A stretch of DNA of 64,000 nucleotides, from positions 1,120,001 through 1,184,000 of the forward strand of contig CAXXVZ010000003.1 in assembly GCA_963678065.2 (NCBI GenBank). The letters are read 5' to 3'. The notes under the pieces are model-generated. The model worked only from the letters and a program-made list of their open reading frames with translations. It did no database searches and had not been told where the DNA came from. Positions 18,166 through 37,078 of this stretch are shown one piece after another; within the stretch, counting starts at the first letter, position 1, and each line of letters starts with the position of its first letter. A program made the position numbers and the translations under genes. The DNA comes from Treponemataceae bacterium (GTDB lineage Bacteria > Spirochaetota > Spirochaetia > Treponematales > Rectinemataceae).

Positions 18166-18216
18166 GCAACACAATAACAAAGGCACATCCTTCTATTCCA
18201 GACAATGAGGTAATCG

Positions 18217-18879
18217 ATGAAGAGCTATTCGGAGGATGACCTCATCCCTATTTCAGCGTTATCGCATGTAGTCTACTGCGATAGACGCTTCGCGCTCATC
18301 CACATCGAACAGCTCTGGGAGGAGAATCGCTATACAGCGGAGGGGCAGGTGCTGCACGAGCGGGTGGACACGGAGGGGCACGAGTCGCGGAGGCTTTTTC
18401 GGCAGGAGTTCGGGATGGCGATACGCTCGCTCGAATATGGGCTGATCGGAAAGACTGATCTCGTCGAGCTGTACCTGAGACCGGAGGGCGGTGTGGCCGA
18501 GGCCCTGCCTGTGGAGTTCAAGCGAGGAAAGGACAAGGAAGATGATTGCGACAGAGTGCAGCTGTACGCTCAGGCGCTTTGTCTTGCGGAGATGCTCGGA
18601 ACGGAACCGGTTCGCGGTGCTTTTTACTACTTGGGCGCGCACAGGAGGACATGGGTGGAGTTTTCGGCTGGATTGAGGTCGACGACGCTGGCCGCGATCG
18701 ATCGGGCGAGAACTCTGTTGAACGAGGGGAAAACGCCGAGCGCGAAATATGAGAGGGCGAAATGCGAGCGCTGCTCGCTTGTCGAACTGTGTATGCCGCG
18801 CTCGATCGGCAATGGAGGAAAGCGGGTGGCTCCTTACATCGAGTCCGAACTCGCGTCGATGCGCGCGGAGTGTCCCTGA
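18217..18879 (+). CDS. cas4: Cas4 exonuclease
   Basis: YCDRR, GKTDLVE, PVEFKRG, QLYAQALCL, CERCSLVELC (Fe-S cysteines). Confidence 0.95.
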   Translation: MKSYSEDDLIPISALSHVVYCDRRFALIHIEQLWEENRYTAEGQVLHERVDTEGHESRRLFRQEFGMAIRSLEYGLIGKTDLVELYLRPEGGVAEALPVEFKRGKDKEDDCDRVQLYAQALCLAEMLGTEPVRGAFYYLGAHRRTWVEFSAGLRSTTLAAIDRARTLLNEGKTPSAKYERAKCERCSLVELCMPRSIGNGGKRVAPYIESELASMRAECP

Positions 18880-19910
18880 TGCGCAAACTTCTCAACACAC
18901 TCTACGTTAGTTCGCAAGGCTCCTATCTCCGCAAGGAAGGCGAAACTGTCGTCGTCGAGCGAGAACAGAAGAAGGTGCTTCAGCTCCCGATACACAGCAT
19001 CGGAGGTATCGTCTGCTTCGGAAATGTCCTCTGTTCACCCTTTTTGCTCGGGTTCTGCGCGGAACGGGACATCGCCGTTTCCTTTCTGACGGAGTACGGA
19101 AGGTTTCTCGCCTCGGTCCGCGGGCCGGTATCGGGCAATGTGCTGCTGCGTCGCCAGCAATACCGCATGGCGGACGACGAGGTTGCGACCCGCGCTATTG
19201 CAGCGAACATCGTCTCAGGAAAGCTCGCAAATTGCCGGGTTGTCATGAACCGGGCGCTCCGTGATCACGCGGGGAAGATCGACTCTGACGCGATCAAGGG
19301 CGCATCGTCGACCATAAACAGGCTCATCGACGAACTTCCACGTGCGGCCGACGGGAACGCCGTACGCGGATTCGAGGGCATGGCCGCAGCCGAATACTTC
19401 GGCATCTTCGAGAACCTCATTGTCGACCAGAAGGAGGATTTCCAGTTTCACGAGCGGAGCAGGAGACCTCCACTCGACCCGGTGAACGCGCTGCTTTCCT
19501 TCGTGTACACACTGATAGCCCACGATGTCCGATCCGCGCTCGAGACGGTCGGACTCGATCCGGCCGTGGGATTTCTGCACAGGGACAGACCAGGAAGGCC
19601 TGGCCTCGCTCTCGACCTCATGGAAGAATTCAGACCGGTGATCGCGGACAGACTTGTGCTCTCGCTCATCAACCGGCGTCAGGTCAATGCGAGGGGCTTC
19701 AAGCGGGCGGAGAACGGGGCCGTCGTCATGAGCGACGACACCAGGAAAACCGTTCTCGTCGAATATCAGACGAGGAAGCAAGACGAGATACTGCATCCTT
19801 ATATAGAAGAAAAAATCCCCATGGGTCTCGCTTTTTTTGTCCAGGCGAATCTTATGGCGCGTTTCATTCGGGGCGATATCGACGGGTATCCACCCTTCTT
19901 CTGGAGGTAG
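18879..19910 (+). CDS. cas1: Cas1 (type I-C)
   Basis: MRKLLNTLYV, GNVLLRRQQY, RGFEG, RRPPLDPVNALLSF, LALDLMEEFR, YPPFFWR. Confidence 0.97.
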   Translation: MRKLLNTLYVSSQGSYLRKEGETVVVEREQKKVLQLPIHSIGGIVCFGNVLCSPFLLGFCAERDIAVSFLTEYGRFLASVRGPVSGNVLLRRQQYRMADDEVATRAIAANIVSGKLANCRVVMNRALRDHAGKIDSDAIKGASSTINRLIDELPRAADGNAVRGFEGMAAAEYFGIFENLIVDQKEDFQFHERSRRPPLDPVNALLSFVYTLIAHDVRSALETVGLDPAVGFLHRDRPGRPGLALDLMEEFRPVIADRLVLSLINRRQVNARGFKRAENGAVVMSDDTRKTVLVEYQTRKQDEILHPYIEEKIPMGLAFFVQANLMARFIRGDIDGYPPFFWR

Positions 19911-19911
19911 C

Positions 19912-20202
19912 ATGCTGGTGCTTGTCAGTTACGATGTCGCCATCTCGACCCCCGGAGGGAAACGACGACTGCGTCGAGTTGCCAAAACTTGCGTCAATTT
20001 TGGACAGCGCGTGCAGTTCAGCGTGTTCGAGTGCGTCGTGGAACCTGCACAGTGGGTTTCGCTCAAGGCGCAGCTCGAGGCGATCATCGATATCGGGTCG
20101 GACAGTCTGCGCTACTACTATCTCGGATCAAATTGGAAGAGGAAGGTCGAGCACGTCGGGGCCAAGCCGGGTACCGATATCGATGAACCCCTCATCGTCT
20201 GA
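19912..20202 (+). CDS. cas2: Cas2
   Basis: MLVLVSYDV...RRLRRVAKTCVNFGQRVQFSVFEC...DSLRYY. Confidence 0.97.
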   Translation: MLVLVSYDVAISTPGGKRRLRRVAKTCVNFGQRVQFSVFECVVEPAQWVSLKAQLEAIIDIGSDSLRYYYLGSNWKRKVEHVGAKPGTDIDEPLIV

Positions 20203-20492
20203 TCACTCTGGATTGACACGTTTGGATTTACGGTTATAGTGCGTCAGATTTTCCTTACCTCTACGGCATCACTTTGACAACTCGTTTTTACGGTTCCAAG
20301 GGAATACGGAGCGAAAAGCGAACCCGAAAGACACAGGGAAGACCGCGATGTTCGCGGAATTGCCAATTCATTTTCCCTACAATATTTGACAATCAAGAGA
20401 AGGGTTTTTTGCCGCTCATGCCTTACGATTTGCGACAGTTCGCATACTTGCGTCTACAATATCATTCATGATAATGAATTGAGTTGCATATG
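20203..20492 (+). promoter_or_regulatory. CRISPR leader
   Basis: AT-richer noncoding region between cas2 and the first repeat; contains GCGAAC...GTTCGC inverted motifs. Confidence 0.8.
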
Positions 20493-29836
<9,344 letters not shown>

Positions 29837-29866
29837 TGGACTTGCCCCGACCGAATGGACAGGTAG

Positions 29867-30712
29867 TTAAGCCACTCTCGTCGCCTGTGATACCGGCGGT
29901 TTCATCGCATTGTGCGAATGCCGCCTGATCCGATTGTAGTAGACCTCGATGTACTCGAAAAGATCATGACGGACCCTTTCTCTGGAATATGTACCATTCA
30001 GAGTCTCTAATTCCCGTTTCAACGTTTTGAAAAAGGATTCCGCACAGGCATTATCCCAGCAATTGCCCTTTCGGCTCATGCTTTGAACAATTCCTTTCCT
30101 CTCCGCCAGTAGTGACCTCAATGCGGTGGAACAATACTGGACGCCCCGATCAGAGTGGAAGAGAAGTCCTGGCTTATACCCATATCGGATAACGGCCATG
30201 ACAAAAGCATCCACCACAATCTGGGAGGTCATGTCATCGCGGGTCGACCAGCCGACGACGTGACGGGTGCAGAGGTCGATAACGACACACAGATACAGCC
30301 AGCCCTCGGTTGTCGGGCAATACGTGATGTCAGAAACCCAGACGAGACCCGGCAGCGGTACGTCAAACTGTCGGTCAAGCAGGTTTTCCGCTACCGGTTC
30401 TCCATGATTCGAGTCTGTCGTGACAACGTATTTCTTCTTCGGCAGGCTTCCCAGATCATTCTCCCGCATGAGTCTGGCCACCCGTTTACGCGACACTCCA
30501 TAGCCTGTATCGCGCAATTCTTCGTGGATGCGCGGACTCCCGTATCGCCGGTGATGCTGTTTCTGGATGGCTTTGATCTTCTTGACCAATTCGGCATCCA
30601 GCAGTGCGTGACGGCTTGGTTTTCTCGATTTCCACGCATAGTACCCCGAAACGGAGACTTCCAGATATGTCGCCATCTTCCGTATCGACCACTGCCTCCG
30701 GTGGTCGACCAT
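29867..30712 (-). CDS. IS3-family transposase OrfB (DDE integrase core), disconnected from OrfA
   Basis: YGSPRI, WVSDITY, FHSDRGVQY, SMSRKGNCWDNACAESFF, YYNRIRRH. Confidence 0.93.
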   Translation of the reverse strand: MVDHRRQWSIRKMATYLEVSVSGYYAWKSRKPSRHALLDAELVKKIKAIQKQHHRRYGSPRIHEELRDTGYGVSRKRVARLMRENDLGSLPKKKYVVTTDSNHGEPVAENLLDRQFDVPLPGLVWVSDITYCPTTEGWLYLCVVIDLCTRHVVGWSTRDDMTSQIVVDAFVMAVIRYGYKPGLLFHSDRGVQYCSTALRSLLAERKGIVQSMSRKGNCWDNACAESFFKTLKRELETLNGTYSRERVRHDLFEYIEVYYNRIRRHSHNAMKPPVSQATRVA

Positions 30713-30787
30713 GAACTGGTAGACTCGGGCTAATTCCCCCTTCGGGGTACCGAGAAGATGGCGACGGCTTTTTTTCTATGTTTCCTG

Positions 30788-31891
30788 TCAACCTCCGGCT
30801 CCGAGAATTGCCAATCCTGACCTCTTGAGCTTGAGAGCAAATATCATGTCATCCGTGTACCGGTAGCGTTCCCCTCGTGTGAGCAAAATATAGACCATCT
30901 CGAGCAGCTTCCGGGCGGTCGCGACGACCGCGATAGAAGGCGCTTTCCCTCTGGAGATCATTGCCTCATAGTGGGACTTGAGCGGGTTTGAGCATTTACT
31001 GCGAATAAGTCCCCAGGCGCTCTGGACAAGCAGGCCCCGAAGATGCGCATTGCCTCGCTTCGTGATTGAGCCCTTGCGTTCAAGTTCTCCCGATTCGTGA
31101 AGCCGTGGCGACAACCCAACATAGTTGACCAACTGGGCTGGTCCGCTAAAGCGGCGCATGTCTCCCGCGTATGCCAGGATGGCCATCGTCGTCTTGATGC
31201 CAAAGCCAGGGAGCGACATGAGGATGTGCGCAGACTCCCCGCCCTTCATCACCGAAGCCCCGATCTCTTCGACCAACCCGGCGAGGATCTGCTCATATTC
31301 CGAGATCATGTGATGGAGGTTAATGGCCTCCGTCTTGCTGAAGCCGGCAAGTTCGGTTTCGATGAGCCGTTCCCTCGTGGCTGCCTTCTTAAGCTGGGCC
31401 TTGGTATGGTCAGGAATGCCACATCGGAGAAACACCGCATGAAGACGGTTTATAAGGCGAGTTCTATCCCTGCGAAAGCGGTCTTCATGGGACGAAAGTG
31501 CCCGACGATCCATCTCTTCATCCGAGGGCACTGGCACTGTCGGCAATTCGTCAGCATTGAACTTTTGCACAAGTCGCGCGAGCTTGAGCGCGTCCTCACG
31601 GTCCGACTTCTTGAGCGACTTATGGATCACCGCCAGGTCAGCCGCGTTCAGGACAAGGACCTGTATGTCGGGGTGCTCCATGAGTTCCTTCGCTATCTGG
31701 AATGAGGAGGTACCAGCTTCCATCGCGATGGTGTCGCCTGGTCGAACCCTTTCCGCAAGGCTGCGGCGGCCTCGAATATCGAGCTTGCCATTCCACCGCT
31801 GGATTGATTCGGTCTTTCCATCGATGGCAACCGCCTCGTAGGTCCTCTTCGAAAGGTCGATGCCAATAAAACGCCCTGTTTCCTTCCCCAT
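30788..31891 (-). CDS. IS110-family recombinase/transposase (DEDD RuvC plus Tnp20 domain)
   Basis: FIGIDLSK, MEAG, KSDREDA, LPGFG, YVGLSPRLHESG, GSITKRGNAHLR; GGAGG RBS before ATG 31891. Confidence 0.93.
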   Translation of the reverse strand: MGKETGRFIGIDLSKRTYEAVAIDGKTESIQRWNGKLDIRGRRSLAERVRPGDTIAMEAGTSSFQIAKELMEHPDIQVLVLNAADLAVIHKSLKKSDREDALKLARLVQKFNADELPTVPVPSDEEMDRRALSSHEDRFRRDRTRLINRLHAVFLRCGIPDHTKAQLKKAATRERLIETELAGFSKTEAINLHHMISEYEQILAGLVEEIGASVMKGGESAHILMSLPGFGIKTTMAILAYAGDMRRFSGPAQLVNYVGLSPRLHESGELERKGSITKRGNAHLRGLLVQSAWGLIRSKCSNPLKSHYEAMISRGKAPSIAVVATARKLLEMVYILLTRGERYRYTDDMIFALKLKRSGLAILGAGG

Positions 31892-31933
31892 GCGCAGCCT
31901 CCCGGGAAAAAGATCGGAGCCGGAAGTCTTTGA

Positions 31934-32120
31934 GCGATACAACGTGGTACTACATTCTTCTATTCGCAGTGGCGTTGCCGCAGCATCGTCCTGCACCCTG
32001 ATTTTCGACGACCGGCCTGGGCATAATCTTTTAGCCGGGGTCATACCCCACAAAGCGCGTACTGCCTGCCGCCGGCTCCCGGGTTCCGTCGAACCCAGCC
32101 TACCACGATCGTTGTACCGC
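31934..32120 (-). ncRNA. predicted IS110 bridge RNA
   Basis: Noncoding left end closed by GCGGTACAAC/GTTGTATCGC and GTGGTA/TACCAC pairing. Internal loops contain CTAAAA and GCTTT (target-like) and ATAGAA (donor-end-like). Confidence 0.6.
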
Positions 32121-32138
32121 CAGGGGAAACATATCATC

Positions 32139-32393
32139 TTTTAGTATTGCATTCGCCTCACGAAGTTCATCATTTTCCTTTTTCAGCCTGGTCATTTCCT
32201 GATCACGTGCATTCCCTTGTCCGGTAAATGCTTGTTTGTGTATTTCCTGACTCTCCCGTCGCCACCGGCACAATAGTCCAGGATCAATTCCCAAGTCTTT
32301 GGCCACGTTCCGGGCACTCCTGCCTGACCGTTCCAAGTGTTCAAGTGCTTCTTTCTTGAACTCTGCCGCGTACTTCCTTCTTTTGTCTTCCAT
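32139..32393 (-). pseudogene. IS3-family OrfA (HTH), interrupted near its end by IS110
   Basis: MEDKRRKYAAEFKKEA...VAKDLGI...LKKENDELREANAILK. The remainder (KAVAIFSVPRRGN*) lies at about 30730-30775. Confidence 0.88.
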
Positions 32394-32457
32394 ACCCTCT
32401 CCTCTCCTTATTCTCGGAGAGGCTTAACTCATGCTCCACTGGTTTGGGGTAGGTCCA

Positions 32458-33080
32458 CCCCACACGGGCGCGTGGATTGAAACATGTTAATCATCCGAAC
32501 GCGGGAGCGGAGGTAGGGTCGCGCCCCACACGGGCGCGTGGATTGAAACGTTGAAATTATGGACGATCTCAGTCCATACTCCCGTCGCGCCCCACACGGG
32601 CGCGTGGATTGAAACAAAGAGGACACAGGGAAGACCCATCCGGCATTTGTGTCGCGCCTCACGCGGGCGCGTGGATTGAAACCCCATCAGGTCAACGGCT
32701 TCGTGACTGCGCAGGTGGTCGCGCCCCACGCGGGCGCGTGGATTGAAACGGAGGAACATCATACCTGTCCATTGTTGCCGCTCATCGCGCCCCACGCGGG
32801 CGCGTGGATTGAAACCTAATAAGGTGATCTGTCCGCATCATCTTCCATGTCGCGCCCCACGCGGGCGCGTGGATTGAAACATTTCTCCTCTTTCTAAGTA
32901 CATAGGCGTCATTGGTCGCGCCCCTCGCGGGCGCGCGGATTGAAACCGCCTGTGTCCGACCTCGTGACTTCCGACCTCGCCGTCGCGCCCCTCGCGGGCG
33001 TGTGGATTGAAACGTCCTCGGAATAAAGATAGTCATACCGGCTGGAAGGTCGCGCCCCTCGCGGGCGCGTGGATTGAAAC
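32458..33080 (+). CRISPR. CRISPR array, trailer part (9 spacers, degenerating repeats)
   Basis: Resumes with the rest of the split repeat. Terminal repeats carry substitutions (e.g. GTCGCGCCCCTCGCGGG...), which supports plus orientation. Confidence 0.97.
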
Positions 33081-33328
33081 CACTTCTTGGGATATCTCAG
33101 TGAGACTTCGGTATCTTCCTCTGTGGCACTGTGGGCCTTGGTCGAGTGGCGGCCTTTATCCGCAACGACGCAACGATGTGGACCTGGTAGAATGCAGACT
33201 ACTGGGCATATCGCTTCGACGCAGTCTGCGGATGGATACCGTGCCTGCATCGGGGAGGCAGAGGGAGGCGCCTTTTTTTGCGGAAGACGCTCCCGTTATC
33301 GAGAACATCCGGAGCGTCAGCGTCGACA

Positions 33329-34225
33329 TTAGTTCGTGCAGTGTTTCCGCGCCTCGTATTTCGCCATTTTTTCATAGAACTGGACTATTCCTGAGTGGTC
33401 GTTCCCCGCCTTCCCGTCGACTTTGAGCGCCTGCATCATCTCCATGACCTGGCTCGTCAGCGGCAGGGGAACTCCTATTTCATGTCCGGTTTCGATCGCG
33501 TTCGCGAGGTCCTTGATGTGGAGCTCGATGCGGAAGCCGGGTTTGAAATTCCCCGCCATCACCATCGGCGCCTTGGCTTCGAGAACGGTGCTTCCGGCAA
33601 GCCCGCCGCGTATCGCGTTGAACAGGATTTCCGGATCCACTCCGGCTTTTCCGGCGAGGACAAAGGCCTCGGACATCGCGGCGATATTGAGGGCGACGAT
33701 GATCTGGTTGGCGAGTTTCGTCGTGTTGCCCGCGCCTATATCTCCGCACAGAACGACAGACTTGCCCATTTTGGACAACAGTTCGCGGCAGGCATCGAAA
33801 ACGGCACTCTTGCCGCCGACCATTATGGACAATGTTCCCTCGATGGCCTTGGGTTCGCCGCCCGACACCGGCGCGTCGAGCATCTCGACACTCTTTTCAT
33901 GCAGCCTGGCGGCGATTTCCCGTGAGGCGAAAGGCGCTATCGAGCTCATGTCTATCACGATTTTTCCGGCCACGATACCTTCCAGAACTCCATCCGGTCC
34001 CAGAATGGCGGCCTTCACATGCGGGGAGTTCGGAAGCATCGTGATCACGATGTCGCTGGCTGCCGCAACCTCGCGCGCCGATCCTGCCGTCGAGGCTCCG
34101 GCTTCGGCCAACTCCTTGACGGGTTCGGCGATTTTATCGAAAACAGTGAGCTCATATCCGGCCTTAAGAAGATTCTTCGCCATGGGCTTCCCCATGATTC
34201 CCAATCCGATGAAACCTATTCTCAT
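33329..34225 (-). CDS. garR: 2-hydroxy-3-oxopropionate (tartronate semialdehyde) reductase
   Basis: MRIGFIGLGIMGKPMAKNL, DAPVSGGEPKA, TKLANQ, FKPGFRIELHIKDL. Confidence 0.88.
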   Translation of the reverse strand: MRIGFIGLGIMGKPMAKNLLKAGYELTVFDKIAEPVKELAEAGASTAGSAREVAAASDIVITMLPNSPHVKAAILGPDGVLEGIVAGKIVIDMSSIAPFASREIAARLHEKSVEMLDAPVSGGEPKAIEGTLSIMVGGKSAVFDACRELLSKMGKSVVLCGDIGAGNTTKLANQIIVALNIAAMSEAFVLAGKAGVDPEILFNAIRGGLAGSTVLEAKAPMVMAGNFKPGFRIELHIKDLANAIETGHEIGVPLPLTSQVMEMMQALKVDGKAGNDHSGIVQFYEKMAKYEARKHCTN

Positions 34226-34332
34226 ATCTCTCTCCTCTTGTGAAAAATTGTATTGCCCGCTCAAGTCCGGCGCATCCGGCACATCTGTCCATTCGGTTCA
34301 TCCGGCTCGCTCAGGGACTCCGGGCCCCTGAC

Positions 34333-35160
34333 TCATCTGCCCCAGACGCTGCGCATCCACGAAAGGCCCCTCAGTGCAGCCTCTTCCCCGCTCGGATACG
34401 GAAGCGTTTCGAGCGAGACGGCCGCCTCGTAGCCGATGCCGTCGAGCGATTTCGCCACCCGCGCGTAATCGACGTTCCCCGAGCCCGGATACTGGCGGTT
34501 CGAGTCGGAGATGTGGACGTGGGCTATGCGCCCGGCGCACTGCCTCCACGATGCGTCCATGTCTTTGTCTTCGATGTACATGTGGTGCGTGTCGAGGAGG
34601 AGCTGGATGGTTTCCAGGCCCGGCCGGCGCAGGAATTCGAGGGTTTCTGCCGTGGTGTTGAGCAATGTGGTGTAGTAGAAGGCGATCGGCTCGAAGGCGA
34701 GAACGACATTCTTTCCGGCCGCATAGGAGGCGATGGGAATCAGCTCTTCGGCCAGCCTGTCCAGGCAGGCGCTGCGATCTCTGTACCGCGCGCACTTGCC
34801 CCGGATGAGCCCGAGGAAGACGACGGCGCCGAAGTGCGCCGCGAAGTCGATGTGCTCGCAGAGCCGGACTGACATGCGATTCCGCAGCTCAGGATCTTCG
34901 GAGGAGAGATTGAGCCCGTTCAGTCCGAACTCGAGGCCTGTCCCGATCGCCGCGACACCGACGCCGTAGCGCGCGGAAGTGTCGAGTATCCGCGCAGGAT
35001 CCAGGTCTTTCGGATTCCGTATGTGGAGCTCCACACAGTCGAAGCCCATGCCGGAGGCCTGGATGATCCCTTTTTCGATTCCTCCCTGCAGGAGGACCGA
35101 GGCGCCATCCCCCAACTCTTCTTCGGAAATGGCGACTCCGTACTGTATTCTGCGCTGCAT
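34333..35160 (-). CDS. sugar phosphate isomerase/epimerase (xylose-isomerase-like TIM barrel)
   Basis: GFDCVELH, FEP, LLLDTHHM, HVHISDSNR, PGSG, SLE metal ligands. Confidence 0.85.
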   Translation of the reverse strand: MQRRIQYGVAISEEELGDGASVLLQGGIEKGIIQASGMGFDCVELHIRNPKDLDPARILDTSARYGVGVAAIGTGLEFGLNGLNLSSEDPELRNRMSVRLCEHIDFAAHFGAVVFLGLIRGKCARYRDRSACLDRLAEELIPIASYAAGKNVVLAFEPIAFYYTTLLNTTAETLEFLRRPGLETIQLLLDTHHMYIEDKDMDASWRQCAGRIAHVHISDSNRQYPGSGNVDYARVAKSLDGIGYEAAVSLETLPYPSGEEAALRGLSWMRSVWGR

Positions 35161-35170
35161 CGCGGAATCC

Positions 35171-36214
35171 TTACAGGGTGAGCAGTTTCTGCCAGCCGGT
35201 CAGGTCGAAGCCTTCCAGCGTCATTTTCGTGGCTCCGTACGCGTCGAAATCCCGCACCGAGAGGCCGTCGGGCTCGTAGGCCTGGATGAACTCGGGAATG
35301 ACCGCGGCGACGCGGGCCAGCGCGGCTTCGTCCACAGGATTGTCGATACAGGACTGTCTCGATAGCTTCCCTTCGGCATCGGCTTTGATTATCTCGTCCT
35401 GGATCTTGGGATGGATCGTCATGTGGACGGCGCTGCCGACCATTTTCTCCACCTGCCTGTAGGACCTGAAGGCTGCGGGCATCAGTATCTGGCTGTATCC
35501 GCGCTCCACGAACATGCCGTAGCAGCGCTTCACGACGGCGAGCGCCGCGCATTCCAGGTCGAAGGGGGAGAGCACAGAACCGCGTTCTTTGTTGAGTACC
35601 GTGAAGTAATCCTGCAATCTTCCCTGGACGATGGCCGCTGTGGAGGCGGCGGGCGCGATTCCGGCTGCCCGAGCCCGCGCGATGCCCCGCTCATTGGCCT
35701 CGCCGGCCGCGAGTATCTGGCTCAGGCTCACGCAGACTGTGGCCGTCGTCGGAATGCCCAGCGCCGCCAGCTCCTCGAGCACCTGGATGCCCGCGGCTGT
35801 GCCGGGGATTTTTACCATAATGTTGTCACCCCAGGAGGCTATGGTTTTTCCCATTTTCAGCATGGCGTCGGCATCGGCCGAGATTCGCGGCTGGACCTGG
35901 CAGCGGATGTAGCCGTATCTGCCACCGCTCTTCAGGTACAGGTCGCGGAGAATTCCGGAAATATGCCGTACGACGACGCCGATCAATTCCAGCGCCCTAT
36001 CGTTGCCCACGGCATCGGCGCGGATGCGCAGAAATTCTTCCCTGAAGATTTCCGGAGTCTCGGTGAGGGTCTGGTAGGACAGGGGGGGATTCGAGGTACA
36101 GCCGATTGCGCCTGACTCCAGGGCCGCCTCCAGCTCGTCGATTTTCGCTGAATCGTTGCACCACTGCGTTGGGGTATTTTCGGCCATCCATTTCAGATAT
36201 TCGTGCTTTGCCAT
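35171..36214 (-). CDS. transaldolase-family protein
   Basis: WCNDS, GCTSNPPL, NIMVKIPGTAAG, ATVCVSLSQ, QGRLQD. Confidence 0.82.
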   Translation of the reverse strand: MAKHEYLKWMAENTPTQWCNDSAKIDELEAALESGAIGCTSNPPLSYQTLTETPEIFREEFLRIRADAVGNDRALELIGVVVRHISGILRDLYLKSGGRYGYIRCQVQPRISADADAMLKMGKTIASWGDNIMVKIPGTAAGIQVLEELAALGIPTTATVCVSLSQILAAGEANERGIARARAAGIAPAASTAAIVQGRLQDYFTVLNKERGSVLSPFDLECAALAVVKRCYGMFVERGYSQILMPAAFRSYRQVEKMVGSAVHMTIHPKIQDEIIKADAEGKLSRQSCIDNPVDEAALARVAAVIPEFIQAYEPDGLSVRDFDAYGATKMTLEGFDLTGWQKLLTL

Positions 36215-36321
36215 GTCTGCTCTCTCCTGAAGATTGTGATTCGTATGCGGTCTCTTGTTCCGCGGCATGCGCGGAGTCCTTGTCTTCTAAAATTCGCTTT
36301 CGCCCGGAAACAGGGTGGGTT

Positions 36322-37068
36322 TCAGCCCATGTACATTCCGCCGTTGATGTCGAGGACGGCGCCGGTGATGAACGCGGCGGAATCCGATGCGAGGAATGCC
36401 ACCGTCTCCGCTATCTCTTCGGGTTTCCCGAGCCTGCCCACCGGTATCGAATCGTTTATCGCGACCATGTCGTCGGCGGTAAAGCCCTTGATGATGTCCG
36501 TTTCCGTGGTCCCCGGCGCCACTGCGTTCACGGTGATGCCATTGTGCGCCACCTTTTTCGCCAGGTGCCGCGTGAGTCCGATGAGCGCGGCTTTCGAGGC
36601 GACGTATGCGGGGCCGACGCTGACGCCGCCGGAGCGGCCCGCGAGCGACGAAATGGTGACAATGCGCCCCCAGCCCCGGGCGATCATCGGCACCAGAGCC
36701 TCCCTCGACGCGAACATCACTCCCTTGAGGTTGATGCCCATGACGCGATCCCATTCCGCTTCGGCCACCTCGTCGAATGGCGTATTGGAGAGGATTCCCG
36801 CGTTATTCACCAGGATATCGAGCCTGCCGAAACGCGCGACCACATCGGCTACGAGGCCTGCGATCTGATCAGGTTTCGACATGTCGACCTCGAATACCGC
36901 CGCTTCGGCGCCAGTGGCGCGGATTTCCGCGGCCGCAGCTTCGGCGGCGGGAAGGTCGATATCCGCGATCACGGGCAATATCCCCTTCGCGGCAAACGAT
37001 ACCGCTATGGCCTTGCCTATTCCTCTCGCTCCGCCGGTGACGATAGCGACTCTGTGTATGATTTCCAA
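36322..37068 (-). CDS. SDR-family oxidoreductase
   Basis: TGGARGIG, NNAG, YVASK, VNAVAPG. Confidence 0.92.
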   Translation of the reverse strand: MEIIHRVAIVTGGARGIGKAIAVSFAAKGILPVIADIDLPAAEAAAAEIRATGAEAAVFEVDMSKPDQIAGLVADVVARFGRLDILVNNAGILSNTPFDEVAEAEWDRVMGINLKGVMFASREALVPMIARGWGRIVTISSLAGRSGGVSVGPAYVASKAALIGLTRHLAKKVAHNGITVNAVAPGTTETDIIKGFTADDMVAINDSIPVGRLGKPEEIAETVAFLASDSAAFITGAVLDINGGMYMG

Positions 37069-37078
37069 AGTGTGTTCC

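Larger units (their letters stand above)
30776..32138 (-). mobile_element. IS110-family element (ends uncertain by about 4 nt within an A-run)
   Basis: Interrupts IS3 orfA at CTAAAA|...|AAAAAAAGCC. Sub-terminal IRs TATGTTTCC/GGAAACATA, TTGACA at the right end, long 5' noncoding end. Confidence 0.9.
29837..32457 (-). mobile_element. IS3-family insertion sequence inserted in a CRISPR repeat (itself interrupted by IS110)
   Basis: Imperfect terminal IRs TGGACTTGCCCCGACCGAATGGA / TCCACTGGTTTGGGGTAGGTCCA (TG...CA), 3-bp CCC target duplication, orfA plus orfB. Confidence 0.95.

Noticed and set aside
31892..32137. N-terminal 82 aa of the 449-aa IS110 ORF
   Set aside because: The RuvC motif starts right after ATG 31891, which has an RBS; the upstream part is the structured noncoding end
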